Assembly: GCA_016906335.1 (NCBI GenBank)
Contig: JADEYG010000001.1
Coordinates: 1,674,001-1,738,000, forward strand
Length of the DNA stretch: 64,000 nt
Direction: 5' to 3'
From: Novakomyces olei
Taxonomy: Eukaryota
Positions within the stretch are counted from its first letter, which is position 1; every line of letters begins with the position of its first letter. Below are positions 23,437 through 36,902 of this stretch, in pieces. The notes beneath the pieces are model-generated. The model searched no databases. It was given only the letters and a program-made list of their open reading frames with translations, and was not told where the DNA came from. Both the position numbers and the translations under genes were made by a program.

Positions 23437-25383
23437 CAGTAAAAAGCAAAGAAAGCCAACCCAAAAATTCAAAAATTGACGAGGGAAACACTACCGATAT
23501 ACCAAACTGAACGTGCAAAAACAAAAACTAACGCATGTTTGCAGACACTTTCGATTGACGGCCGACCGCACACGTACCGGGAAGATTCCTCACGTGGAAA
23601 ACTGCTTCGATGGGAAGACTCTCTTCCCCAATTGCCTGTTCCCGAACTGAAGGACACGGCTCAGCGCTACCTCCGCTCGCTCGAGCCGTTGCTCAGCAAG
23701 GAGCAGTTTGCTCATACGCAGTCAATAGTGCACGACTATATCCGTCCCGGAGGCGAAGGCGAGGCGGCACAGTCGCGCCTGCTCGATCGCTCTCGCAGCC
23801 ATGAGAATTGGCTGGCCGAGTGGTGGAACCGCAATGCCTATATGACGTACCGTGACCCTGTCGTTTTTAATGTGTCCTACTTTTACGCTCATCGCGATGA
23901 CCGTACGCTACAGGATCCCGTGCGTAAAGCTGCCTTTCTTAGCGCGGGTGCTCTAAAGTTTAAATCCCTGCTGGACTCTGGCGAGTTGGAGCCAGAGTAT
24001 ATGAGGAAACAGCCGCTCGAGGCTTCGTCTTACAGCTGGATGTTTAATGCTACTCGCCTCCCACGCGGCCAAGAGGATTTTAGTGAAAAGTTTGATCCGG
24101 CTACGAACCGTCACTTGCTCGTTATTAGGAAAAACAAGTTTTTCGCAGTACCGCACGCTCACCCGGACGGATCAGATTTCAGCGTACCGGAACTCGAGAC
24201 CCAGTTCCGCCGTGTTTTAGAGCTGGCCGGCAATGAGAAGGGCCCTGCCGTTGGCAGTCTGACTAGTCAGCAAAGGGATGATTGGACAGAGTCACGCAAA
24301 TGGCTTTTGCGTGATAATGAAGCAGCATTGGACAAGATTGATGCCGCCTCATTTGTCGTTTGCCTTGATGATACGAGCCCTGTGACTCTGGAGCAGCGTG
24401 CTCGTACTTACTGGCACGGAGATGGCTGTAATCGTTGGTACGATAAACCAGTACAGTTTATTGTCGGGGAAAATGGGGCTTCTGGATTTCTTGGAGAGCA
24501 TTCAATGATGGACGGGACCCCAACCCACCGATTAAACGACTGGATCTGTCGTGAAATTGCCGCTGGTAATATTACCTATGAGGCAGGTGAACCTGTCGCC
24601 GACTCTTTGCCTGGTCCGGAACCGTTGCCGTTTGAACTTGACTTGAAATTGGAAAAGGCTATTGAATATGCACAAAAGGAGTTTTCTCAACTCGTGCGCT
24701 CACACGATGTTCGGGTACAAGCTTACCAGCGATACGGTAAAGGTTTAATTAAACAGTTCAAGTGCTCACCGGACGCGTACGTACAGTTGTTGATTCAATT
24801 GGCCTATCATAAAATGTACAAAGTTAATCGGCCGACGTACGAGTCAGCCGCCACTCGTGCCTTCAAACAGGGCCGTACTGAAACATGCAGAGTCGTTACT
24901 AGTGAAACTAAGGATTTTTGTGAAGCGATGGCTTTGCCACAGAGAGATGTGCCGGAATGTCTGCGGCTGGCACGAGCTGCAATTGCTCGTCATGTTGAAA
25001 ATATTTCACTGGCTTCTGTGGGCCAAGGCGTCGACCGGCACCTGCTGGGCCTCAAACTGGCCGGGAGTGATCCTGCTCATCCACATGCTATTTTTAAAGA
25101 TCCTGCATTTGCCTGTTCCGGACACTGGTTCCTATCAACGAGCCAATTGTCCTCCGAGTACTTTAATGGGTATGGGTGGGGTGAAGTCTGCCCCGATGGC
25201 TATGGAATTGCCTACATGGTGAACGAGGACTGGCTTAATTTCAATATTGCTTGCCGCAATGATTACTATAAGGGCGAGCCGGGTACTGATCCAACTAATG
25301 CCGATGACATGTGGTACTGGCTGCGTGAAGCAGGCGACGACTTGCGTGATTTGTTTAGCCGTGAAGCCCGACCAAAACTGTAG
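23146..25383 (+). CDS. CAT2: Carnitine O-acetyltransferase; exon 1 23146-23220, intron 23221-23544, exon 2 23545-25383
   Basis: LPQLPVPEL, NRWYDK, EHSMMDG (catalytic His), YESAATR..GRTE, GQGVDRHL, LSTSQL, DGYGIAY. C-terminal RPKL is PTS1-like. Confidence 0.93.
23399..23435. repeat. (TTA)n microsatellite in the CAT2 intron
   Basis: Directly visible. Confidence 0.9.
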
Positions 25384-25889
25384 CGTTAACGAATTGAATA
25401 AACTTGGTCTTTTTATGTGAAAATTTATCTATTAGTTGCTCAATAAGGGTGTATACGCGTGGAACGACGTGAATCGACTAGTAGACTGGTAATGATACAG
25501 AGTTACAATCCTGGTAGAGCTGTTGTTGCAGAGTGCAAAGTTGTCGACTGGGATTTTACGGCCCTTTGACCATAATTCCAAAAGAATGATTATTCACATA
25601 TATCCATCTTTAACCCTAACCCTATGTAAACCTATTCCTCTAGTTGAGGTATATTCTGGAGAAAGCCAGCTGTGTAGGAGGGTGAATTCCTATAATATCT
25701 GTTGGCATCTTTTCCCGTTACGAGCAATCGCGACACAATTCAAGTAATATTGTGGTGAGTATCGTGCTATCGATATCCCACGCAACAGAGTAAGGTCTTG
25801 CGTGCTCCCGCGTAATCATATTTAGCTCTTGGAGTTTGCGATCAAATAAACTAGGACGCAAATACAATATCCGTCGTATTGCAATAAAT

Positions 25890-27768
25890 ATGGTTGATCC
25901 TGGCAACACCCGTCCCTTTTTCCTCAATGCATTTTTAATGCCGAGCGTGTCGCATTTGTCGCACGGACAATGGAGAGACCCCAATGACCAATTGGCAGAT
26001 GAATACAGTTCCGTGGAGTTTTGGGTGAAAACTGCCAAATTGCTAGATGAAAGTGGGGGAATTTTGGCACTGTTCTTGGCAGACCAGTTTGGTACAAACG
26101 ATAGCTATGGTGGCAGTTCAGACGTTGCGTTCAGTGCTCCTGGGCAAGTGCCAATTATCGATTCTGCATGCGTACGTAACTCTTTTTTGAATTCAGAGAT
26201 TGGTTTTTATCTTTTGGATGTGCTCAATTTTCAACGGCTTTTTATATTTCTAGATGTATCTGTTCCATTAATTTGTCTATTTTACTTTCTTTAATTGTTT
26301 CATGATCAATTCGATCTGTTTGCTCAATTTACCTATAGATTGTATCAGCAATGGCGGCGGCCACTAAGAATCTTGGTTTTGCTATTACTCAGTCCACAAC
26401 ATATGAAGTTTACCCTTATATCTTCAGCAAAAAGCTTTCAACTCTGGACCATCTGACCAAAGGACGTTTTGGTTGGAATGTCGTTACCTCTCATTCACGC
26501 ATGGCTGCCAGAGGTGTCGGCCTTGACGACGTTATCGACCATGATACTCGTTACGAACGGGCCGACGATTATCTTGATGCCGTCTACAAGTAAGAAGAAA
26601 ATTTCATTTTTCGGCTCTAAATATTCAATTTTTGTATTTTATCATGACTGTTTCACGTTGCATTAACTAATACTTACAGACTGTTGGAAGGTTCCTGGGC
26701 CGACGATGCCCTTGTTAAAAATAAAAAGACAGGGCTTTATGCCGACCCATCAAAGATCAGACAGATTAAACATAGCGGCCCATACTACAAAGTAGATGCT
26801 CGTCATATTGTGCATCCCTCCCCGCAGCGTGTTCCTTTCCTGTTTCAAGCCGGAACTTCAAGGTAAATTGAAAAAAGGAAAAATAAATTAATGCATAATA
26901 CAAAAACCAAAAAGGCTATGAGTCGCAAAATAGAAAAATGTCTTAAAATGACACTTAATTTATACTAATGCTTAGCGCTGGGTCTGCTTTTGGTGCCAAG
27001 CATGCAGAAGGGATCTTCATATCCCAACTTTACACGTCCGTAGCGGCCCCCAAAGTTAAGAGACTGCGAGACCTGGCTGAACAAGCAGGTCGTGATCGTC
27101 AGAGTCTTAAAGTTGTTACAACGATTACGCCATTTATCGGCCGTACAGAGGAGGAGGCCCGTGCGAAACATGCGCGAGCTAAACAATATGCTTCTATCGA
27201 TGGCTCTCTTTCGACTTTTGGTGGATTTTTGGGTATCGATTTAAGCCATTTCCCGCTGGATGAACCTCTGCCTCTGCCTGATCATAAAATCCGTTACCTG
27301 CAATCTGCTCTAGATAATCTTAAAGCAGATGTGGAAGAAAATAAAAGCGGATGGACTAAACGTCGATTGGCAGAAAGTCTACTTTTTGGAGCCAATGGAC
27401 CAGAAATTGTCGGCACGGCAGAGCAGGTCGCCGATACATTGGAAAATTGGGTTAATGAGGCGGACGTTGATGGATTTAATTTGGGTACTGTAACGAGTCC
27501 TAATTCGTTTAAAGATATTGTAGAATTGCTTGTACCCGAGCTGAGAAAAAGAGGAGTTTTGATTGAAAACGAGCCGAATACGACTCTGCGTGAAAAATAT
27601 CTGGGCCGTGGACAAGCTCGTTTGCGGGACGATCATTACGGTCATCAGTTTTTCTATTCTGAACAAAAGAAAATAGAAGAAAACGGGGGAAAAACAAAGG
27701 AAGCGGACACAACTAAGAGAAAGGAAAGAAATGAGCATAAGCGTGCTCATAGTGCTGTTGAGGCATAG
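25890..27768 (+). CDS. Luciferase-like FMNH2-dependent monooxygenase, DszA/NtaA/SnaA family; 3 introns (about 26172-26338, 26590-26679, 26863-26975)
   Basis: HLSHGQWR, LFLAD, STLDHLTKGRFGWNVVTS, HDTRYERADDY, PSPQRVPFLFQAGTS, DVDGFNL, LVPELRKRG. Confidence 0.9.
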
Positions 27769-28499
27769 AATCTTGCTATTGTTGTGGCTCAGGTACAGTA
27801 ATTAGGTCTATTTCGAGTATGTTTTAGTTTTTAAGAAAGTGTTTAGTACAAGGGATTTTGAATTAAAAATCTTTGTTTGTACTATTGGTTTCAGCCAATG
27901 TACGCCTATTTGAAAGTCGATCATAAAACAAAGCTCTTTCACCGGACAGAGACTCAATAGATTTTGCTTATTACACAGCACGTCAAATCATTTGTGACTA
28001 AATCTGAAAACAATCTTTATTAGTTATTAGATATTAGATATATTATTAATAATTCGCGACAGTATATGACGGGGATAGACCCGAAATGTCGAACCCAACC
28101 AAATGAGCAGTAATTTTGAAGAAAGAAGGCAGTCTGAAACTCGCGCGACCAGATATCTTAAAAGCCACCCCATAGTCATTTGCATTAGGCGTGAAAACCA
28201 CGATTACGTTTTTGTAATCACGCGAGAAGGTGGATATGGAAAAGCAACGAGTAACATCAAAAGAACAATCGTTACTTGTTTTGGTACTGTTTTCCATTTA
28301 TGATGAATATTATTGATGAATAGAATACAATACAGTAAATCCTAAGCGAGCACGCAAGTATGAACTGCCCGCATATAACGTGGGCAGTAATGGCGCAAGA
28401 ATGAAGTTAAATAATGCATTTTAAATCCCACGTATAAACTCGACATATATCAGCCGTCTGATAATTGTATTTTGCTCCCTCCGAAAACTTTGCACGACA

Positions 28500-30370
28500 A
28501 TGACAGTCAGCCATGGAGTGAGCGGCGTTAATGGCCATGCTAATGGCCACACTAATGATGAGGCTAGACTGCATTTTAGTTTGGAAGATCATGCTATTGA
28601 TGACCATCCGCCTCTGAAGGTACGGTGCATGAAGATTGAGCGAAATAATTTGTTATTAACAAATAATTCAAACAGGTAGTAGTTGTTGGTGCAGGCCTGG
28701 CAGGAATAACGGCCGGGATTTTGATACCTCAAAAGGTGCCAAAATTGAATCTCGTTATCTTTGAAAAAAATTCGGGAGTGGTATGAATATAAACGAAAAT
28801 TGAGCTTAATTTACTAACATGTCAGGCCGGAGTTTGGCGTGAAAACGTTTATCCAGGAGTACGCTGTGACGTACCAGCACACGCGTATCAGTCAACATTT
28901 AGTCCCAATTTGGACTGGTCCGAGCCTTATGCGCAAGGAAAAGAGATTCGTGAATACTGGGAGGGTCTAGTAAAGAAATTCAATGTGGACAAATATCTTA
29001 GATTAGAAAGTCGTGTGAAAGAGGCAGTTTGGGACGAAGAGGCCGGTAAATGGCATCTTACTGTTGAAGAAGTAGTTACAGGTCGAACATACACAGAGGA
29101 CACTGATGTACTTATTTCCTCGACTGGCCAATTTAACGATTGGCGTCTTCCGGATTATCCTGGAATCGATACTTTCGAAGGACATTTGCGCCATTCTTCC
29201 AACTGGGATCCCACGTTTGAACCAGATGGTAAAAAAATTGCTGTTATCGGCAACGGTGCAAGTGGGATACAAGTTTTGCCTCAGCTACAAAAAAAGGCCG
29301 GACACTTGTACCATTTTGCACGTAATCCGACGTGGGTAGCTGGAAGTTTTGGTGGAGAAGAGCGACGGCTTGAACCGTTTACTCAAGAGGAGCTCACACA
29401 AATTAAAGATCCTGAGTTTTATTACAAATTTCGTAAAGAACTGGAAGGCCGATTCTGGACAAATTTCCCAAATGTCTTCAAAGACTCCGAGGGCAACAAA
29501 GCACTTCGTGAAGAGATTTTGAAAACCATGCGCATTCAAGCGGAAAACGATGAGGAGCTTTTGAGTCTGCTTACACCCTCTTTTTCACCTATTTGCCGTC
29601 GTCTTACACCCGGACCCGGTTATATTAATGCTATTCGCCAAAATAATGTTGACTATATCCGTCCAAGAATAGCCCGCTTTACCCGGAATTCTATCGTTAC
29701 TGAAGACGGTGGCGAATATAAGGTAGATGCTGTAATTTGCTCTACAGGCTCAAGCCCATCTTTTGCGCCCTACTTTAAATTGGTTGTTGACGGGATTGAT
29801 TATGCCAACAAGTGGCGAACTCAAGGTCCTACGGATGCTTACTTGGGCATAGGGTACTCCAAAGTACCAAATTATTTCACAATTGGTGGTCCTTATTCCA
29901 CTGGATACTCGGGAACGGTTCCATTCTCCGTGGAGAACGCTACTACCTACATTAGTCGTGTACTGAGAAAGATTTCGCTGCAGGGAATAAAAAAGATAAT
30001 CATAAAGGACGAGGCGGCTCGTGATTTCCAGGCCTATGCCAAAGAATTTTACAAGAAGACAGTATGGCAAGAAAACTGCAGTAGCTGGTATAAAGGTGGG
30101 AAACATGATGGGCATATTTATGGAGTGTTTCCCGGATCTGCAAGACATGCGGCAATTGTGCGAAGCGATCCTCGCTGGGAAGATTTCAGTTATATTTATA
30201 AAAACCCAACTAATCGGTTTGCTTGGCTTGGCAACGGATGGACTACAGTAGAGGAAAAGCTGATAAATGGTGAAGATTATCGTAATCTTGATATGACACC
30301 CTATCTCAAGCGTCCTGATGAGCTTGTTGATCTTCGAAATCATTTAGAGTCGTGGTCTCTGTGGCTATAG
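28500..30370 (+). CDS. FAD/NADPH flavoprotein monooxygenase, type I Baeyer-Villiger-like; 2 introns near the 5' end
   Basis: VVVVGAGLAG, GVWRENVYPGVRCDVP, fingerprint FEGHLRHSSNWD, second Rossmann motif IGNGASG, RRLTPG, CSSWY. Confidence 0.9.
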
Positions 30371-30757
30371 ACTCACTATTTTACTACTTTAGATAGCTCG
30401 AAAGTTGGAAATCATAATAATTACGATTATTAGAGTCATCATCAGTGTCAAAAGCGTAAACTTTCGTAAATCCAATACAATAAGCTTATCCTAACGACTT
30501 TGGAAAACGCTAGTTTCATGATAGTAGTAGTATTCAAAACAAACTAGGATTGGTGATGAAGCAAATCAAAAACGGAGCCACATAATATAATATTGTTTCT
30601 ATATTATTTCAAATCTATTTATGGTTATGAGTTGTTGTACTCATATCGACATTGGCACCATCAACGTCTACTATTGTGTCTTTTTTGATGCAATACAAAT
30701 TATTGATCATAAAACTCGTTCAAGATTAGCGCACTTTTGAAAATCCCAATCTGGAAT

Positions 30758-31974
30758 TCATATAATCTGTACCACATACTTTGCGCCACGCTGACCACCT
30801 GTCTCGTTCTTCTGCAATCGCCGTAATCCCTCTTCAACCCAGTCTAATCCCGGAAGTACTTTAATTTGCGGGAACTTCAATAACCCTTTCCCTGCTAAAG
30901 AAGTCAAAGCCTTTTGATATTTAGAATTTTCTTCGTGCAATATAAACCATTTCATCTGCACGTCATGTACAGTAACACTAGTAGTCACAGAAATATCTTT
31001 GGGTAGAGGACTTGCCAATGACGCAAAATCCCCGCCACCAGACTCAGCCAAAGCTTGTAAACCACTTTTTGCCGTGTTTTCATTAGCTAAATCCACAGCA
31101 TACTCAATGACGAGTCCCAAATTTAAAATTTTGGTCTTAATTTCATCGTTGCTCAACCCATCCCTTACAATGAAATGCTGAGCACCGAGAGATTCGATAA
31201 GCGAAGCTGAGGATTGTGAGCAAATAGTCACTACTACTAGACCGCTGAGGCTGGCCAGCTGAATCAAGTACTGGCCCGTAACTGTTGCACCACCCCAGAT
31301 AAGAATAGCTTTTCTTGCACTCAATACACTGCTGCCAGATTCTGGGATGGGGACGTTGAACCAATGCCAAAGCGTCATTGCTGCTGTAAGCCCACATACT
31401 CCGAGCGTTGATGCTTCATAGGCTGAAATTGCATTCGGTACGTGGTCTACTGTATGTGCAGGCACAGTCACGTACGACTGAAAGCATCCTGCACGACGGT
31501 CTCGGTAATATGTAGAAGTCCAGACTAAATCACCGATATTAAGTCCTTTGACATCTCCGCCTACGCGCACAACACGGCCAGTAAGCTCACGTCCAATAAC
31601 CTGCATATTAGTAAATTATAGGGCAATAACAGAAACAGAAAAGAAAGAATTGACAAGTATACCCATGGTCTTTCAGGTAAACAAAATCCGTACTCCACAC
31701 TTTTCCAGTCTATCGGGTTTAATCCTGCTACGTAGGCCTCAATAATCACTTCATTGGCTGAAGTAGACGAAGAAACAGGGAAAGATTCCGTATACTCGTA
31801 TGTTTTGCCCTCGCGAACTAGAAATGCTTTGCCATGACTGGGAAGCTTTGGAAGAGGGTCGCTCCTGCTCCCTTCTACTTTTAAAGCACGCTTCAAAGCA
31901 TGGCTATGATAGTTGTAGGGCTCTTGTCGGTAGCTGGCCACCTGAAGTTGACCTATGCTTCGTGCAACGGGCAT
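30758..31974 (-). CDS. MDR-family NADPH enoyl/quinone reductase-like protein (ToxD/LovC-like); one intron near 31602-31662
   Basis: AGLNPIDWKS, PW|VIGRELTGRV, GCFQSYV, ILIWGGATVTGQY. Lacks the Zn-ligand cysteines. Confidence 0.85.
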
Positions 31975-32893
31975 TATATTTGGTTACGGGCAAAGTACCG
32001 CAGATGAAATTTCATCTATAATTTAAACCTTCTAAATAATGAATATCAAGGTTGCCCACATATGCCACGCAACACGTGGGAGATGGCGTGTAATATCGTA
32101 ATATGACTTGATATTACAAGCTCGTATTACGAATACGGTACTCGGTTAGAAAAGAACAATAGTTGATACACACGTAGCACGCATATTTAATAGTAGTAAA
32201 AGTGTGCATTTCATAATATGTGATAAAACTAAAGTTGCCCTTGGAGTGTTGCAAAATCAATCGAATTGAGTGCTAAAAATACAAGTAGACGGAAGTCGCA
32301 AGAAGTACTGTATTATTGAATAGTAAATGTTAATAAAAAGTACCAGTATGATATACAGCTTAAATAAATTTGTTCCGGATATGTAATAATTGAAGAAAGC
32401 CCAAGGTTCAACATTTGACTCAAATTCATGACTTTTGGGAGTGATATCATACATTTCTAAGCTTTTAGGCAAGAGCCGGCAAAGGGGACTTTTAGGCACC
32501 CAGTAAAAGACAATCCTGTTAACAGACGAACTTTTAGCAAGGCTTTGCATCTATAGCTGATTGTCATTAGATTGGTGTATGTGGTGCAGGACCGAAATTT
32601 CTGCGTTTACTTATGCAAACGTTCGTCATTTGACGTTTTGCATATGGGTCTGCTACATTTAAAACTTTTTCAAGAGCCCCAATTCATGGTGGACGTGTCC
32701 AAAATTTTAGCAATAGACAAGTGTCTTCTTTTGAGTACAAAGCCATGTTAGCTAAAGGTCAGCCTCTAATGATCAGCCTCTAACTGGCAGAACTGCAATG
32801 AATGCTTTCATATAAACGTCAACACTATAAGCCGACCGTTTTACACCCTTGTATAGTCCTGTCCTAAGTAGCAGCCTTACATGCAAGCGCTGC

Positions 32894-34210
32894 TTAAACA
32901 GAAATACCGCGGCTCACTAAAACGTCTGTAAATGCCTTTGCCACAGTCACAACTATTGTCTCAAGCTCCTCTTCCGTAATGATAAACGGTGGCATGAACA
33001 TTATTGAGTCGTTCACGAAAACGGGATAGACGGCAACACCTTTGTCAAATGACTTTTGAATAATCTCCTTGTTGACACGTGGCTCAAAGCTGCGTTTGCT
33101 CTCACGGTCTTCAACAAACTCCACCACTTGGAATAGGCCAAGACCCCTGATTTCACCAACGTGCTTAGATGCCCCAAAGTGTAATTTAAGAAGCCTAGTG
33201 AGTTCTCGTGATCGATCGCGTACAGCCTGGCGCAAGTCGTTCTTGATTATGTATTTTTGAGCCGCAAGGGCAGCAGCGACACCAAGGGCATGGCCTTGAA
33301 AGGTATGGCCATGAATAAAAGAAGCAGCCCGATCATGACTGAGCATCGCGTCATGTATTTTTGGGCTAAGCAACACGCCTGAAACAGGCTGATAACCCGC
33401 ACTCAGACCTTTGGCAATAGTTTGGACATCTGGTGCAGGTGCCTCAAGCGTCTGCCAAGCGTGAAAGTCCCCTGTTCTATTCATACCGCACATGACCTCA
33501 TCGTAAACAAGAACTGCACCATATTTATCACACATTTTACGTAGTTCCCAGAGCAGCTCGGGCTCGTTTGGTATACAGCCAAGGGTACCCCCGGATACTG
33601 TTTCGGACAAAACAGCAGCCACATTTCCCGGTCCAAGCTCCTGGAACATGGCCTCGTACTCGTCTAGGATATCACGTGTAGTTTTCCCGTCTCGATATGG
33701 ATAGTAGCGGGAGACGTGGTGAAACGCGGGCGAGCATAAAGCTTCGAATGGATGGCGCCGACCATAGTTGTACCCTGCCGAAAGTGCGCCAAGCGTATTT
33801 CCATGGTAAGCGTCGTAGCGACAAATGTACTTTGTGCGCTCAGGTTGCCCGATAGACAAAAAGTACTGCCGAACGACCTTTATGGCGGATTCAATAGCCT
33901 CTGATCCAGAGGTGAGGTACATGACGTGGCTAAAGGCTCCGTCACTCTCGTTCATAATAAGAGTGGCCAACTCCTCTGCCGGCTGAGACGTGAAGGAGCC
34001 GAGATGCGCGTAGCACACCTGCTGCGCCTGTGAGATAATAGCATTTATCACTTCCTTGTTGCTGTGTCCAAGACACGAGACTGCCGCTCCGCAGCAGCCG
34101 TCAAGAATCTTGCGGCCATCACTCAAGTGCAAGTAAACACCGTCTCCCCGCGTTACCACAGGGTACTCTTTGCCCAGAGTTTTGTGGAATACATTCGTCG
34201 TTTTCGTCAT
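32894..34210 (-). CDS. Class III PLP aminotransferase (omega-amino acid/BioA-like), intronless
   Basis: LDGCCGAAVSCLGH, SGSEAIE, YHGNTLGALS, YDEVMCGMNRTG, IAKGLSAGY (PLP Lys), HGHTF, IRGLGL. Confidence 0.92.
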   Translation of the reverse strand: MTKTTNVFHKTLGKEYPVVTRGDGVYLHLSDGRKILDGCCGAAVSCLGHSNKEVINAIISQAQQVCYAHLGSFTSQPAEELATLIMNESDGAFSHVMYLTSGSEAIESAIKVVRQYFLSIGQPERTKYICRYDAYHGNTLGALSAGYNYGRRHPFEALCSPAFHHVSRYYPYRDGKTTRDILDEYEAMFQELGPGNVAAVLSETVSGGTLGCIPNEPELLWELRKMCDKYGAVLVYDEVMCGMNRTGDFHAWQTLEAPAPDVQTIAKGLSAGYQPVSGVLLSPKIHDAMLSHDRAASFIHGHTFQGHALGVAAALAAQKYIIKNDLRQAVRDRSRELTRLLKLHFGASKHVGEIRGLGLFQVVEFVEDRESKRSFEPRVNKEIIQKSFDKGVAVYPVFVNDSIMFMPPFIITEEELETIVVTVAKAFTDVLVSRGISV

Positions 34211-34320
34211 ATCGCCCAAGTCTGTCTTGAATCCAGAACTATCAGCTGCTACCTTTGTTATTATATATATTCATTGAGGCCGCGTCCTACGTCAAAAGCA
34301 ATGTCATTGATAAGGCACGT

Positions 34321-34574
34321 CGGCAATTTACCGCTTCGCCCACATTTCCCAGCCTGGCAATGAGCCATTGATTACAGTGTCGTTCTGTCTTCTGGCAGTG
34401 CCAGAAAGTTTCAGGTATAGCATTGGCAAATGTATTGAAGGAGAGACTAAACAACATAAATCCCTGTTTATTCTGATCAAGTTAGCGCGAACAGCTTTTG
34501 GTCATTGTGGCAGGCCATCGTACAATTAAATATATCGCGTTTCTGTTTGAGGTCCCAAAACGGCATTTTACCGC
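34321..34574. promoter_or_regulatory. Two CGG-N7-CCG elements (CGGCAATTTACCGC at 34321; CGGCATTTTACCGC at 34561) upstream of the aminotransferase
   Basis: Near-identical 14-mers seen directly. Inverted CGG triplets are typical Zn2Cys6 sites (established); function here is inferred. Confidence 0.5.
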
Positions 34575-35064
34575 ATTTCAAATGTGCCCACTTACTTAAA
34601 TTATAGGCAAGTCATATTGAGCTGATACGGCGCAAAAGTTGGACACAGTGACATACATTGGTGCAAAGACGAACATATACAGAGGCAGACAGATACAGAA
34701 GTAACAAATAAAGAGACAGCGGCAGAAAATGTCCAATTACAGTGGTATGGAATTGCGCAGATTCTTTGCAGTGCCAAGTATATTGATCATAGTTATTTTA
34801 TTGTTCTCTTGCAAAACCCTTACTGAGACATTGGACTCTAATCGTATTCAATTGTGCGGCTCTATTTATATATTCAGCTATGGACGGTTGGGCAATAGCA
34901 TTGCAGATAAAGTCAGCGTTATTAATGTAAAGGGCGCGCGCTTTTTATGAAATATAGCCCGGCTGCAGAGATATTTTGGGACTCTGATTTGATTTATTTT
35001 TGTACGCACAGTTTATTATTACCATCATGCTTTAATACAACTAAAATTCACTTTTATCCCAGTG

Positions 35065-36902
35065 CTACTTGTTGAATGGTAGCCCGGTGAGCCCTAAACT
35101 GCTATTTTCGACAGAAATATCGTCTCCAGAGTAAACTTTACCCACTTTCTCAGCCTGTAGACGTTGCTTGTGCACGCCGACAATATCAGACTCACGTCTC
35201 CAAGTAAGAAACCATGTTATCGCGGAAAATAACAAACTGATTAAAATGAATATGAGGCAAAGCACAAAAGATGTTCGGTAACCGTTGTAAGCCCACTTTT
35301 GCTTGAAAAGCTGTGGGCCGACCGCTCCACCAATTTGGCCAATTGATGATTGAAAGGCTAAACCAAACGCCGCTCCCGTTGCATTATTCAGACTGCCTGA
35401 ACGCCAGGCCCAGAAGGGAATAAAAAACGCAGAATAAAACATGGTGGCAATGACACACGCAGCATAAACTCCACCGCTTGATCTGGTTGCCACAAAAGTA
35501 GCGAATCCCCCAGTCGCAATAACGGTATCTAGCATTAGTTTCAGGTCTGGATACAAATAAAATGGTTCTCTTACAAAGAATACACATCGGAGCACGCCCG
35601 ATCCAGCCGCGGCCTAAAACAATTCCAGAAATAATGATGAGCACAACCGAACCTAAAGAAGGTGGCTGTTTGTTAATAATTAACTGTCTTTGTTTGCTGC
35701 TCAAACTTACAATATTCAAAAGTTGGTTGCGTGGTAGCCCAGCAAATCCAAGATCCGTTGTGATTGTTGGAAGGTACCACGATAGCGAATAGCCAGCCAA
35801 GTTTTGAAATACTTGCGCAATCATAAAAGAGTATGTGCAAGGGTTCTTAAGTACGCGCATAATTTCCCCTCCGTCCAAATTCTTATCAGAATTTCGAGGT
35901 GCATTTGCGGAAAGACGAACGGAAAGAAACTTTTGTTCACGTTCCGTCAGCCATTTTTTCGATCTTTCTGATTCCGGCCAGTCCGGTAAAACGAACCAAA
36001 TGAAAGCCCCATAAATTATTGTTGCAACTCCTTCCAAAATAAAAAGCCATCGCCAGGCACTAAGACCACGGACACCGTTCATGTACGATATACCATACGC
36101 AAGTAAACTACCAAAGATACCGCTGCAATTTTGCAGGCCGAAAAGCCATGCAATAGGCTTTCCCATCTCATCTGATCTGTACCAACCACATAATTGGGCG
36201 GCAATGCCTTTTACATTAAGATGTATAATAATTATAAAACAGGGAAATTTTTACCTGGAAACATACTCGCCTCAGCCAGCCCCAAGAAGAATCGCGCAGC
36301 ATAAAATCCTGTTTTTTAGTCAGATCAAATTAACAGTAAAGTCGAGCTATATACCCTCTTTATTCTTTAAGGCTCCATGGCACGCCAATACAAAACCCCA
36401 TGTTATAACAATTCGAGTTTGCCATACCCGAGGAGTGATACGTTTCAATAATAAATTAAAGGGAGCTTCAAAAACAATGTAGGAAATCTAAAATATTGTC
36501 AGCATCTTTAATGAATTTTGAGTTTGCCTACATAGTAAATTGTTTGCACCCAATTGTATTGATCAGATGTCATATTGAGCTCAATCATAATGTTATCGGG
36601 CTGCTTCGCCTGAAGAACCCTATAAAGTCGGTCAGTTCGCCATTATGATCAAGAAAGAAATAAAATTCGAGTAAATATAAAGCGGAAAGATGAACGCACC
36701 TTGCGTTTGCAGCATTTGTATAATCAATGTTTTTAATACAATACAAAACACCAATAAGAAGGAGAAATCGTCGGTCGACTTTGCGAATAATTCTTTTTTC
36801 TTCTTCCGCCGAAAACTGCGACAAAAAATCAACGTCACTTTGCTCAGAATTCTCATCGTTTGCGGCAACAGCGGCGACTTCATTTTTTTCAATATCGGCC
36901 AT
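35065..36902 (-). CDS. MFS anion:cation symporter (Dal5/Tna1 allantoate/nicotinate-permease-like), multi-exon
   Basis: IIRKVDRR, PRVWQTRI, WYRSDEMGKP, GLSAWRWLFILEG, LPDWP, GGAVGPQLF. Several short introns. Confidence 0.88.

Noticed and set aside
23315-23524. ORF with a poly-Asn run and hydrophobic tail (similarly 2466-2804 and 46063-46503)
   Set aside because: Translations of intronic or intergenic microsatellites, not genes.
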